Part shown: positions 1 to 9,856 of the stretch, piece by piece | Layout of the letters: the number at the start of each line of letters is the position of its first letter | Numbering within the stretch: the first letter of the stretch is position 1 | NCBI RefSeq assembly: GCF_964213995.1 | Contig: NW_027590164.1 | Coordinates: forward strand, 1 to 64,000 | Direction: 5' to 3' | DNA: 64,000 nucleotides | DNA from: Mustelus asterias | Lineage: Eukaryota | Position numbers and translations under genes: made by a program | The notes under the pieces: model-generated | Told to the model about the DNA's origin: nothing | Seen by the model: the letters and a program-made list of their open reading frames with translations, nothing else | The model's database searches: none

Positions 1-230
1 CAAATTGTACTCCACATCACATACCATTCTGACTTGAAAATCAATCACCATTCCTTCTCTGTCACTGCATCAAATTCCTGGAACTCCCTAACAGCGTTGT
101 GGGTATACCTACACCAGATGGATTGCAGCAATTCAAGAAAGTGGCTCACTTTCTTCACAAGGGCAATTAGTGATGCGCAATGAATGTTGGCCTTGCCAGT
201 CACATTCACATCCCCTGAAAGAATAAAAGA
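1..230 (+). mobile_element. LINE 3' end fragment (CR1/L2-group, same family as 43595-44380)
   Basis: Tail 'aagggcaattagtgatgcgcaatgaatgttggccttgccagtcacattcacatcccctgaaagaataaa' matches the reverse complement of the element end at ~43600-43760. Confidence 0.6.
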
Positions 231-362
231 AATTCCTCATCCCTGGTATCATTCTCAGTCATGAGGACTGCAATTATCAATGAACAGCTCCGCTTTTGAC
301 TCTATGATGGGGGGAGGGTCATTGGTGGAGCAACTGAGGATGGATGGGCCTCGGACACTACC

Positions 363-850
363 CTAGGGCTGAGGTGATTGGCCTCCAACAACCGCGATCA
401 TCCTCCTCTGTGCGGGATGTGGCTCTCGCCGGTGGAGAGTTTCCTCGATTCCCATTGACTTCAATGTTAATCGGGTTGCTTGATGCCACGCACAGTCAAA
501 TGCTGCCTTGATGTCAATGGCAATCACTCCAACATCACCCAGTTCAACTCTTTTGTCCATGTTTGGACAAAGGCTGTAAATGAGGCAGGAGGTGAGTGGT
601 CCTCGGTGGAACCCAAAATGAGCATCAGTGAGCAGGTTGTTGCTGTATAAATGCTGCTTGATCGCACCGTTGGCAACAACATCTTCCATCATTTTGCTGA
701 TGATCGAGACGAGAGACATTGGAGGGCAGTTGGCCAGTTTGGATTTTTCCTTATCCATTGCCTTCAGCTGCTTATTGATATCCCTTGAAGTGAATCGAAT
801 TGGCTGAAGATGTGCATCTGTGATACTAGGGACCTCAGGATGGATAATCC
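363..850 (-). mobile_element. Decayed non-LTR reverse transcriptase fragment
   Basis: ORF 363..983 contains LLTDAHFGF and IAIDIKAAFD, typical LINE RT motifs. Confidence 0.7.
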
Positions 851-1274
851 ATATGGAGAGATTAGAGAAGCTGGAATTGCACTCTATAGAGCAGGAAAGG
901 TTAAGGAAAGATTTAATAGTGATATTCAAACTTTTGAGAGGTTTTGATAAAATGCATGTCTGTTTCCACTGGTTTAGAACCAAAAGACATCGGGTGGAAT
1001 TTCATGAAAAAAATTCGAAGTGCTGAGTGAGTGAGAAAAGTTTCAAACTCATTTCTTGGGCAAATTTAAAAAATCAATCTTGTGGCACTTAGTCAAAAAC
1101 AGTCACAATATAATCCTCACTGCAGGAGGAAGGGGAGGAACCTAAACTTGCTGGGGAAGGCAGCTGCTGATCTGGAGGGGTGTCATTGTGCATGCGCTCC
1201 ATTCTCCCAGTTTCCAGCTTCAGTGGACATCCCCCCCTCCCCACAGAAATCGCCCCGCCAATCTCCTCATCTGT

Positions 1275-1580
1275 AGCGTTTCCCCCAAATCACCAACCCC
1301 TCCCCCCAATCAGCATCCCTGCAGAGTTCCCCCTCTCGCCCCCTCCCCGATCGCCACCCCTGCAGAGTTTCCCCGATCACCAGCTCCCTCCCCCATCAGG
1401 ACTCCTGCAGAGCTCCCCCCCCCCCCGCTATCCCCCTCCTCAATCACCACCCCTGCAGAGTTTCCCCAATCACCAGCTCTCTCCCCCATCAGGACTCCTG
1501 CAGAGCTCCCCCCCGGCCCGAGCCCCCTCCTCAATCACCACCCCTGCAGAATTTCCCAATTACCACTCCCTCCCCCTAGT
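1275..1580. repeat. C-rich minisatellite (~45-bp basic unit, ~90-93-bp higher-order unit)
   Basis: 'cctgcagag' recurs about every 45 bp; 'tcRccacccctgcaga' at 1351, 1444 and 1534. Confidence 0.8.
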
Positions 1581-2089
1581 CAGCTTCACCGTCCCACGGA
1601 GTGACCCAGGGGTCCATTGGCGCCTCGAGGGAGGAGGGGGGCCTGGGGACGGTGCTGGGGCCTTCCACCCGGGGGATTCCGGCCGATGGGATGCAGGGCT
1701 TTCCGACTCCCCCTTTCCTGACACCGGTGCATCTCAAGAGCAGCAGGGTGAACAGCAAGGCAAGGATACATCCACATCACCAGGAAGACGGCTGTACCCC
1801 TCTCGGTCCCAGCTCTCCAGCAGACGCCTGCCAGGGGCATCACAGGCAAATGGGTGCGGAGTGCAGCTGCCTGCCTCCAGTTCTGATGTGCATCCTGGGG
1901 GGACGTGTTGATGTGGCGCTGGACCACGGGAGATGGAGATGTTGTGGGGTGGCCAGGAGGGCACGGGTGAAAGTCGATATGAGAAAGGTTTAGGGAATTG
2001 GGCTCTGTTGACGATCACATCCACCTGTTTTATAGCACTGTTAACTATCGGCCCTTCGTGTTATTGCATTGTTAGTTTCACCAATAAAT

Positions 2090-2262
2090 GTCCAAAGATG
2101 TGCAGGTTAGGTTGATTGGCCATACTAAATTGATCCGAGTGTCAGGGGGATTAGCAGGGTAAATGTGAGTTTACGGGAGTAGGGCCTGGGTGGGATTGTG
2201 GTCGGAACAGGCTCGATGGGCTGAATGGCCTCCTTCTGTACTGTAGGGATTCTATTATATTC
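2090..2262 (+). mobile_element. HE1/V-SINE 3' half
   Basis: 'tccaaagatgtgcaggttaggttgattggccat...gaatggcctccttctgtactgtagggattcta', shared with the full SINE copies in the window. Confidence 0.8.
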
Positions 2263-2273
2263 TCTATAAAATT

Positions 2274-3323
2274 ACAGCACAGAAACAAGCCCTTTGGCCC
2301 TCCAAGCCTGTAGCAACCATGCTGCCCGTCTGAACTAAAACCCCCTACCTTTACGGGGACCATATCCCTCTATTCCTATGCTATTCATATATTTGTCAAG
2401 ACACATCTTAACGTCACTATCGTATCTGCTTCCACTACCTTCCCCGGCAACGAGTTCCAGGCACCCACCAACCTCTGTGTAAAGAACCTGCCTCGTACAT
2501 CTCCTTTAAACCATGCCCTTCACACCTGAAACCTATGCCCCTAGTAATTGACTCTTCCACCCTGGGAAAAAGCTTCTGACTATCCACTCTGTCCATGCCC
2601 CTCATAATCTTGTAGACTTCTATCAGGTTGCCCTCCTCAACCTCCGTTGTTCCAGTGAGAACAAACCAAGTTTCTCCAACCTCTCCTCATAGCTAATGCC
2701 CTCCACACCAGGCAACATCCTGATAAATATTTTCCGTACCCTCTCCAAAGCCTCCACATCCTTCTGGTAGTGTGGTGACCAGAATTGAACACTAGATTCC
2801 AAGTGCCGTCTAACTAAGGTTCTATAAAGCTGCAACATGACTTACCAATTTTTAAACTCAATGCCCCGGCCGATGAAGGCAAGCATGCCATATGCCTTCT
2901 TGATTAACTTCTCCACCTGCATTGCCACTTTCAATGACCTGTGTACCTGTACACCCAGATCCCTCTGCCTATGAATACTCTGAAGGGTTCTGCCGATAAC
3001 TGTATATTTCCCACCTGTATTAGACCTTCCAAAATGCATTACCTCACATTTGTCTGAATTAAACTCCATCTGCCATCTCTACGCCCAAGTCTCCAACTGA
3101 TCGATATCCTGCTGTATCCTCCGCCGGTCCCCATCGCTATCCGCAATTCCACCAACCTTTGTGTCATCCGCAAACTGACCAATCAAACCAGTTACATTTT
3201 CCTCCAAATCATTTATATATATATTACAAACAGCAAAAGTCCCAGCACTGATCCCTGAGGAATGTCACTTGTCACAGCCCTCCATTCAGAAATGTACCTT
3301 TGCAATGCCAACCTCTGTTTTCC
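2274..3323 (-). mobile_element. CR1 (HER1-like) LINE, 5'-truncated, decayed ORF2 C-terminus and 3'UTR
   Basis: ORF pieces PQGSVLG, MEFNSDKCEVMHFG, LYRTLVRRHLESSVQFWSP. Confidence 0.9.
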
Positions 3324-3558
3324 TCTAAATATCTCGAAACCTCCTAACACCCTGTCACTCTGTGATCCTTGTGACATTTGAAACCAGGTATTTGCAAAAA
3401 GACTCAAAGAGCATCAGCCCACTGGAGGCTGAGACCAGCCAGTCCAGCACAAAGAAACCCTCTGACCCTTCCCATTGACCAACTGTGAGAATGAACAAAA
3501 TGCAATCCTGGATGCAACTGAGAGCAGAAACAATAACAGCAGAATCCAACCCCTGGAA

Positions 3559-4821
3559 TCACTCGTGAACTCGCTGGTGTCTCAGCAGCCGGGATGAAAC
3601 TCTGAATCCCTTCCCACACTGAGAGCAGGTAAACGGCCTCTCCCCAGTGTGAACTCGCTGGTGTGCCCGCAGGCTGGATGACTGAGTGAATCCCTCCCCA
3701 CACTGAGAGCAGGTGAATGGTCTCTCCCCAGTGTGAACTCGCTGGTGTGCCTGCAGGTGGAATAACCGAGTGAATCCCTTCCCACACTGAGAGCAGGTGA
3801 ACGGTCTCTCCCCAGTGTGAACTTGCTGGTGTCTCTGCAGGTGGGATAACTGAGTGAATCCCTTCCCACACTGAGAGCAGGTGAACGGTCTCTCCCCAGT
3901 GTGAACTCGCTGGTGTGCCTGCAAGTTGGATAACCAAGTGAATCCCTTCCCACACTGAGAGCAGGTGAATGGTTTCTCCCCAGTGTGAACTCGCTGGTGT
4001 GTCTGCAGGTTGGATAACCGAGTGAATCCCTTCCCACACTGAGAGCAGGTGAATGGTCTCTCCCCAGTGTGAACTTGCTGGTGTGTCCGCAGGGTGGATA
4101 AACAAGTGAATCCCTTCCCACATTGAGAGCAGGTGAACGGCCTCTCCCCAGTGTGAACTCGCTGGTGTGTCCGCAGGTTGGATGAACAAGTGAATCCCTT
4201 CCCACACTGAGAGCAGGTGAATGGCCTCTCCCCAGTGTGAACTCGCTGGTGTGTCCGCAGGGTGGATAAACAAGTGAATCCCTTCCCACACTGAGAGCAG
4301 GTGAATGGTCTCTCCCCAGTGTGAACTTGCTGGTGTGTCCGCAGGGTGGATAAACAAGTGAATCCCTTCCCACATTGAGAGCAGGTGAACGGCCTCTCCC
4401 CAGTGTGAACTCGCTGGTGTGTCCGCAGGTTGGATGAACAAGTGAATCCCTTCCCACACTGAGAGCAGGTGAATGGCCTCTCCCCAGTGTGAACTCGCTG
4501 GTGTGTCCGCAGGGTGGATAAACAAGTGAATCCCTTCCCACACTGAGAGCAGGTGAATGGCCTCTCTCCAGTGTGAACTCGCTGGTGTGTCCGCAGGTTG
4601 GATGAACAAGTGAATCCCTCCCCACACTGAGAGCAGGTGAATGGCTTCTCCCCAGTGTGAACTCGCTCGTGTGTCCGCAGGGTAGATAACTGAATGAATC
4701 CCTTCTCACACTGAGAGCAGGTGAATGGTCTCTCCCCAGTGTGGCTGCGCCGATGAGCTTCCAGCAGAGATGGGGCTCTGTATCTCTTCCCACAGTCCAC
4801 ACATTTCCATGGTTTCTCCAT
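3559..4821 (-). CDS. Tandem C2H2 zinc-finger protein ZNF-A, 15 fingers, 420 aa from MEKPWKC; intact
   Basis: Uninterrupted CxxC-x12-HxxxH repeats with TGERP links; first ATG in gcaccATGG context at 4821; splice acceptor at 5173-5174 upstream. Confidence 0.9.
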   Translation of the reverse strand: MEKPWKCVDCGKRYRAPSLLEAHRRSHTGERPFTCSQCEKGFIQLSTLRTHERVHTGEKPFTCSQCGEGFTCSSNLRTHQRVHTGERPFTCSQCGKGFTCLSTLRTHQRVHTGERPFTCSQCGKGFTCSSNLRTHQRVHTGERPFTCSQCGKGFTCLSTLRTHQQVHTGERPFTCSQCGKGFTCLSTLRTHQRVHTGERPFTCSQCGKGFTCSSNLRTHQRVHTGERPFTCSQCGKGFTCLSTLRTHQQVHTGERPFTCSQCGKGFTRLSNLQTHQRVHTGEKPFTCSQCGKGFTWLSNLQAHQRVHTGERPFTCSQCGKGFTQLSHLQRHQQVHTGERPFTCSQCGKGFTRLFHLQAHQRVHTGERPFTCSQCGEGFTQSSSLRAHQRVHTGERPFTCSQCGKGFRVSSRLLRHQRVHE

Positions 4822-5310
4822 GGTGCAGGTGTCCTTACCTCTCTCTTGGGTGAACAATTAGTTGAAACTTCGTCCACACACAGAACAAGATTACAGTCTC
4901 TCCCCGCTGTGAATGGTGTGATATTTATTCAGACTGTGTAACTGGTTAAAGCTCTTTAGTCAGTGCATTGGAACACACTCACTCAAGTGTGGCAGTGTGT
5001 TGATGCTTTTTCACTCACACAGACATTTCAAATCTTTTCAAATCGACAGGCTGCACAATCATTTCTCCTTCTGGATTCAAAGTCCGATGATATTGAGGTC
5101 CCAAGGGATATGACTCTGTCAGATCGAGACGTGACGTCTGAGATTTCGGCCTGTGATTCCTCTTTCAATATCCTGTAAAATGAGTTTACAAAAGTCATCA
5201 GTGTCAGTACAGGATAGAAATTCAGAACAGACAATTTCTATGGAACATTCTTTCCTCTCTCATTCCCCAAAAGCTGTAAATCTCCATCCCACACACTCTC
5301 TCCCCATTCT

Positions 5311-5495
5311 CAGCAGGTCTGGCAGCATCTGCATGGAGAGAAAAGAACTGATGTTTCAGAGCTTTGACAAAGGGTCATCGAGACAAGAAACATCAGCTCT
5401 TTTCTCTCCTTACAGATGCTGCCAGACCTGCTGAAATTTTCCAGCATTTTCTCTCTTGGTTTCAGATTCCAGCATCCGCAGTAATTTGCTTTTAT
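5311..5495 (+). mobile_element. Short Penelope-like pLTR insert with inverted 5' segment
   Basis: 5311-5357 is an inverted copy of ~5387-5433; hammerhead-like 'agagctttgacaaagggtc...gaaacatcagctct'. Confidence 0.6.
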
Positions 5496-6500
5496 AAGGC
5501 TGCAGATACCTCCTCCCAAGTAACATGCGTGTGCCCAAGACATCACCACTTGTTTCCCTTATTTCTTTAGCACCCATGGTGCTCTCCGCAGTAAACACAG
5601 AGGAGAAGTATTCATTAAAAATCTCACCCATCTCCTGCGGCTCCACACACAGATGGCCATACTGATTTTTAAGGGGATCTATTCTCTCTCTAGCCACCCT
5701 TTTACTCTTAATATAGCTATAGAACCTCTTGGAATTTTCTTTAATCTTACCTGCCAGATCCATATCATACCCTCTTTCTGTCCTCCTGATTTCCCTCTTC
5801 AGTATTTTCTTACACTTTTTATCGTCAGAGTGATTCACTTGTCCCCGATTGCCGAAACCCAATGTATGCTTCCTTCTTTTACCTGACCAGAGCCTCAATG
5901 TCCCTTGTCTGCCAGAGATCCCTAAATTCACCATTCTTTCCCTGCATCTTAACAGGAATATACTGACCCTGGATTCTTGATATCACACTTTTTTAAAACC
6001 TCCTATTTCCCAGTCATTCCTTTCCCTTCAAACAAACTCACCTAATCGACATCTGCTCGATTCTGCCTAATGCACATAAAAGTGGCCCTGCTCCAGTTTA
6101 GGGCCTTGACCTGTGGACCTGTCCTATCTTTTTCCTGAACTATTTTGAAACTATTGGTGCTCCCAATAGTGCTCCCTGACTGACACTTCAGTCACTTGCT
6201 CGACCTCATTTCTTAACTGTCTAATAGAAAGTGAGTCCAGGAATTGATGATGAAAAATGAGGAGCTGGGAGATGAATTGAACAAGTATTTTGCCTCGGTG
6301 TTCACAATAGAGGATACAGTTAAAACTCAGAAACAGCTGGAAATCAGAAAACAGAAGTGTGGGATGAACTCTGAAAAAGCACAATTCCCAGGGAAGTGGT
6401 CCTCAGCAAACTGTTGGAGCTGTGGGCTGATGGGTCCTCGGGTCCTGCTGGGCTTCATTCCCGGGTCCTGCTGGGCTTCATTCCCGGGTCTTAACAGAGG
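5496..6500. mobile_element. CR1 ORF2 fragments (minus strand to ~6230, plus strand ~6240-6500)
   Basis: KIKENSKRFYSYIKSK...EIFNEYFSSVFT (minus); ELNKYFASVFTIED (plus). Confidence 0.75.
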
Positions 6501-6549
6501 GAGATAGTTGGTGTTGTTCAATTTTCTAAACCGTCTGTCGCCATTCCCC

Positions 6550-7070
6550 GCATTGCGCATGCCTCAGGTCCCGCCCCTCATTCACTCCGATTGGTTGGAG
6601 GACCAGCCGCTCCCGCTCGGACCTCCAGCCCCGCTCCCCTCTTCCTATTGGTCCGGAGTTGCCGTCAATCAGTCCCGGGGCATTGTGATGTGGAGCATGC
6701 GCAGTGTCATTGCTGTACTTGGTGCTTGTTTGTCCCGGAGAAGCGGAGTCAGCGTTAGGCGGTGGCTGGGAGGATTTGGAAACACTTTGTGGATCCGCAA
6801 ACCCTTCAGAATCATTGTCAGCTCCCTGGTTTGCAGCTGCGGGGCTTCTCCCTCCCTCCCTCCTGGGAACAGGCCCAGGTTAACGGCCCCATCCTGGCTC
6901 AGCCACTGGAGGATGGTTCACATCAGAGGATGGGGGAGGGGGACAATAAATAAGAGGTTACACTTTGGCCTCAAATCAATGAGGACTCTGATCTCTGGGA
7001 AGGAAGGAAACCCTGGGAGGTGGGCGGGGAGGATTCACAATCACCCGCTGGAGGCCCCAACACCCCCAGT
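6550..7070 (+). promoter_or_regulatory. ZNF-family CpG-rich promoter/first-exon module; inverted duplicate of ~29092-29597
   Basis: GCGCATGC (NRF1-like), CCGCCC, two ATTGG and TCAATCA; near-identical to the reverse complement of 29092-29597. Confidence 0.7.
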
Positions 7071-7596
7071 AAAAAGCTGCAGCTCCCTGCAGTGACCAGG
7101 AGAGAAAATAATTGATTTTATTTTCACTCTGTACAAAAGAGAACTGAACCCATCCAGAATAGAGAGTGGGAGAAAAGATTTGTGAAGATATTTCACACTG
7201 GGTTTGCCAGGCTGACCAACTCTCTCAGAGAAAATGAAAGGACATCCTTCATGAGTCTGTCGGAGCAGGTGAGCAGTATTGTGTGCGGTGCTGTTGGAAC
7301 TGTGTGGGTGGGCACGGGCTGGTTGGCAGCCAGAACAGTTGGAAGAGGGTGCTGCACACATCCATCTTATGGGTGAAACAGCGCCCATACACCATGCAGC
7401 CTGGCACAGTGGAGTCAAACACGGCACAATCCATTGAAATATGAGCTGGTTGGTCAGTGTGGGAGTTGGTTGCAGGACAGGGAGGAGGGAAAGTGTTCAG
7501 GATGAGGATTTACTGCTGCACAGGAACAAGTGAGGAAACGATGTTCCACAGAACATAGTTTCAAATTCCAGCATCCGCAGTAATTTGCTTTGATTC

Positions 7597-7728
7597 CAAA
7601 TAAACTTATTGGACTTTAACCTGGTGTTCTGAGACTTCTTACTGTGCAAACTCCAGAGAGACAGTCACCCACCGCTGGAATCGAACCCAGACTCAGTGAG
7701 GCAGCAGTGCTAACCACTGTGCCACAGT
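7597..7728. mobile_element. Penelope pLTR 3' end (plus) joined to an HE1 SINE head (minus)
   Basis: 'ggactttaacctggtgtt...cttactgtg' runs into 'caaactcc...gcagcagtgctaaccactgtgccac'. Confidence 0.65.
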
Positions 7729-8345
7729 GAAGGGAGTTTGCCGCAAATTTCGGGTGATAACAATGGGCTGGATGTTGCTCAGAATGTGGAGCACTGCAGC
7801 AAAGTACAGAGAGACAGAGACAGAGCAGCAAACTGGACTGAGAAATGGAGTCTGCAGACTGGAACTGGCAGCATGAGGAGAGGTTATTTAGTCTAACACT
7901 CACAGCAATCTACAACCCACCCCCATTACCGAGACAGTGAGACAGAGATTACAAACACTCACCAACACAGCTCCACTGAAACGTCCCAGGAAAAAGGGGG
8001 AATCTGTGGCAGTTCCTGTCCTGAAATAGCCCCAGGACTGTCACTCAAATCCCCAACCTGGCCCAGTTCACAGCTCAGCCTCTCAGCTTGCAGCTTCCTG
8101 CACCTTGAGCCAACCCTGTCCAGGTGTGGGAGGGATGTGGAAGCCCAGAGTGGGGGGAGGGGTGACCTCCTGCTGTGTCCCAAATAGTCTCTCCTTCCCC
8201 TCCCCCTTGGCGCTCGAAGGTCTCAATGTGGATGTGTTGATGGACATTGCAGAACCTCACTGAGCTTATCCTGGGTCACCCCCTCCCCCTGGGTTCAGTG
8301 TGTTCAGTTCGCTGCTTCTTTCCCTGCTGAACCTTCAGTTCATCA

Positions 8346-8510
8346 AAAACAGAAAGTGCTGGAAAACTTCAGCAGGTCTGATCGCATCTGTGATCATCCA
8401 GACTGGAAGCATGAACTCCATTCTCTCTCCACAGATGCTGTCAGACCTGCTTTGATTTTCCAGCATTTTCTGTTTAAGATTCCAGCATCCGCAGTGTTTT
8501 GCTTTTATCT
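8346..8510 (+). mobile_element. Short Penelope-like fold-back insert
   Basis: 8346-8392 is inverted relative to ~8430-8477; same family as 5311-5495 and 38190-38287. Confidence 0.55.
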
Positions 8511-9382
8511 TCATTTAAAGAAGCATTCTTTGATGGCCTTTACCCCCATTGCTCCTTTCCAGAGCTTCCCACCTTCTGCTATTGTCCCTGACTCCCACAT
8601 TAACTGTCATTCCTTCCCTTTATCCCGCTCACATCCCGCTCGAAACTCAGGCTCAGAGTTTTCCCGCCATCTCCCCCTCCCCCAGCTCCCACATCCCAAC
8701 ACCCGGAATCTCTAACCCAGCGGTTCCAGTTTGTCTGGTTTGAGTTCAGATTTGCCGCAGCACCGACAGGATTTCACTTCAAACCAGCCGGAACTGACTG
8801 CTCACAAATCCCAAAATGTTTCTCCAGCAGCCCGGGCTTGTTAATGTTGTTTAAAGTCAGCGCCCAAATGCAGTTACTCTCCTCAGTTTAAAAAACTTCT
8901 CCGTTCAATCCAAAGTATTATTCGCACCAGACATAAACACAAAATTGTGAACGTTACCCACCGCCCCCCCCCCCCCGCCCCCCCAACCAGACCCGAGCTG
9001 GTGTGTCCTGAGTAAGAGACATCTGTTTCGGGTGTGACAATTCTTACACATTCTCTGGTTGACATAAAACGGAAAACGCTGGAAATTGCCCCCATTACCG
9101 AGACAGTGAGACAGAGATTACAAACACTCTTTTTTTTATTTCAAAAATATACTTTATTCACAAAAAAAACTCTCCAATAAAACATTGCAAAATGACAGAT
9201 CCAAAAGTCATAAACAGTGCAAAAAAGAATCATTTTTACAGTACAATACAGTGCTTATTGACAAAACATTACATTCATTACATTTCATTACTTAAAACTA
9301 TGTACATACATCAGAGTTTACTGTGTGCCGTTATTTATCAGGTTGGCACACAGTTACGCAGGCCGAGGGTATTCTGCAGTTA

Positions 9383-9818
9383 GAACATAGAACATAGAAC
9401 ATTACAGCGCAGAACAGGCCCTTCGGCCCACGATGTTGCACCGACCAGTTAAAAAAAAACTGTGACCCTCCAACCTAAACCAATTTCTTTTCGTCCATGA
9501 ACCTATCTACGGATCTCTTAAACGCCCCCAAACTAGGCGCATTTACTACTGATGCTGGCAGGGCATTCCAATCCCTCACCACCCTCTGGGTAAAGAACCT
9601 ATCCCTGACATCGGTTCTATAACTACCCCCCCTCAATTTAAAGCCATGCCCCCTCGTGCTGGATTTCTCCATCAGAGGAAAAAGGCTATCACTATCCACC
9701 CTATCTAAACCTCTAATCATCTTATATGTTTCAATAAGATCCCCTCTTAGCCGCCGCCTTTCCAGCGAAAACAATCCCAAATCCCTCAGCCTCTCCTCAT
9801 AGGATCTCCCCTCCATAC
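9383..9818 (-). mobile_element. CR1 3' fragment nested in the Tx1 3'UTR
   Basis: ERLRDLGLFSLERRRLRGDLIETYK; (agaacat)n tail; flanked by 'cagtta' at 9377-9382 and 9819-9824. Confidence 0.9.
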
Positions 9819-9856
9819 CAGTTACCCGGCCCTCGGTCTGCCTCGGTTGAGACGCT

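Noticed and set aside
1180-1911. 243-aa proline-rich ORF
   Set aside because: Arises from the C-rich minisatellite and GC-rich sequence
3559-4857. PRDM9 or a named human ZNF orthology
   Set aside because: No PR/SET, SSXRD or KRAB exon seen; finger arrays alone do not support a gene symbol
3404-4877. Two further >400-aa ORFs in the other minus-strand frames over ZNF-A
   Set aside because: Expected when one stop-free 84-bp unit is homogenised; the products are shifted-frame finger repeats with no independent support
6508-7095. 195-aa ORF conserved with 29208..29660
   Set aside because: Similarity reflects a recent DNA duplication of a GC-rich promoter; no domain, and the copies differ in start and end
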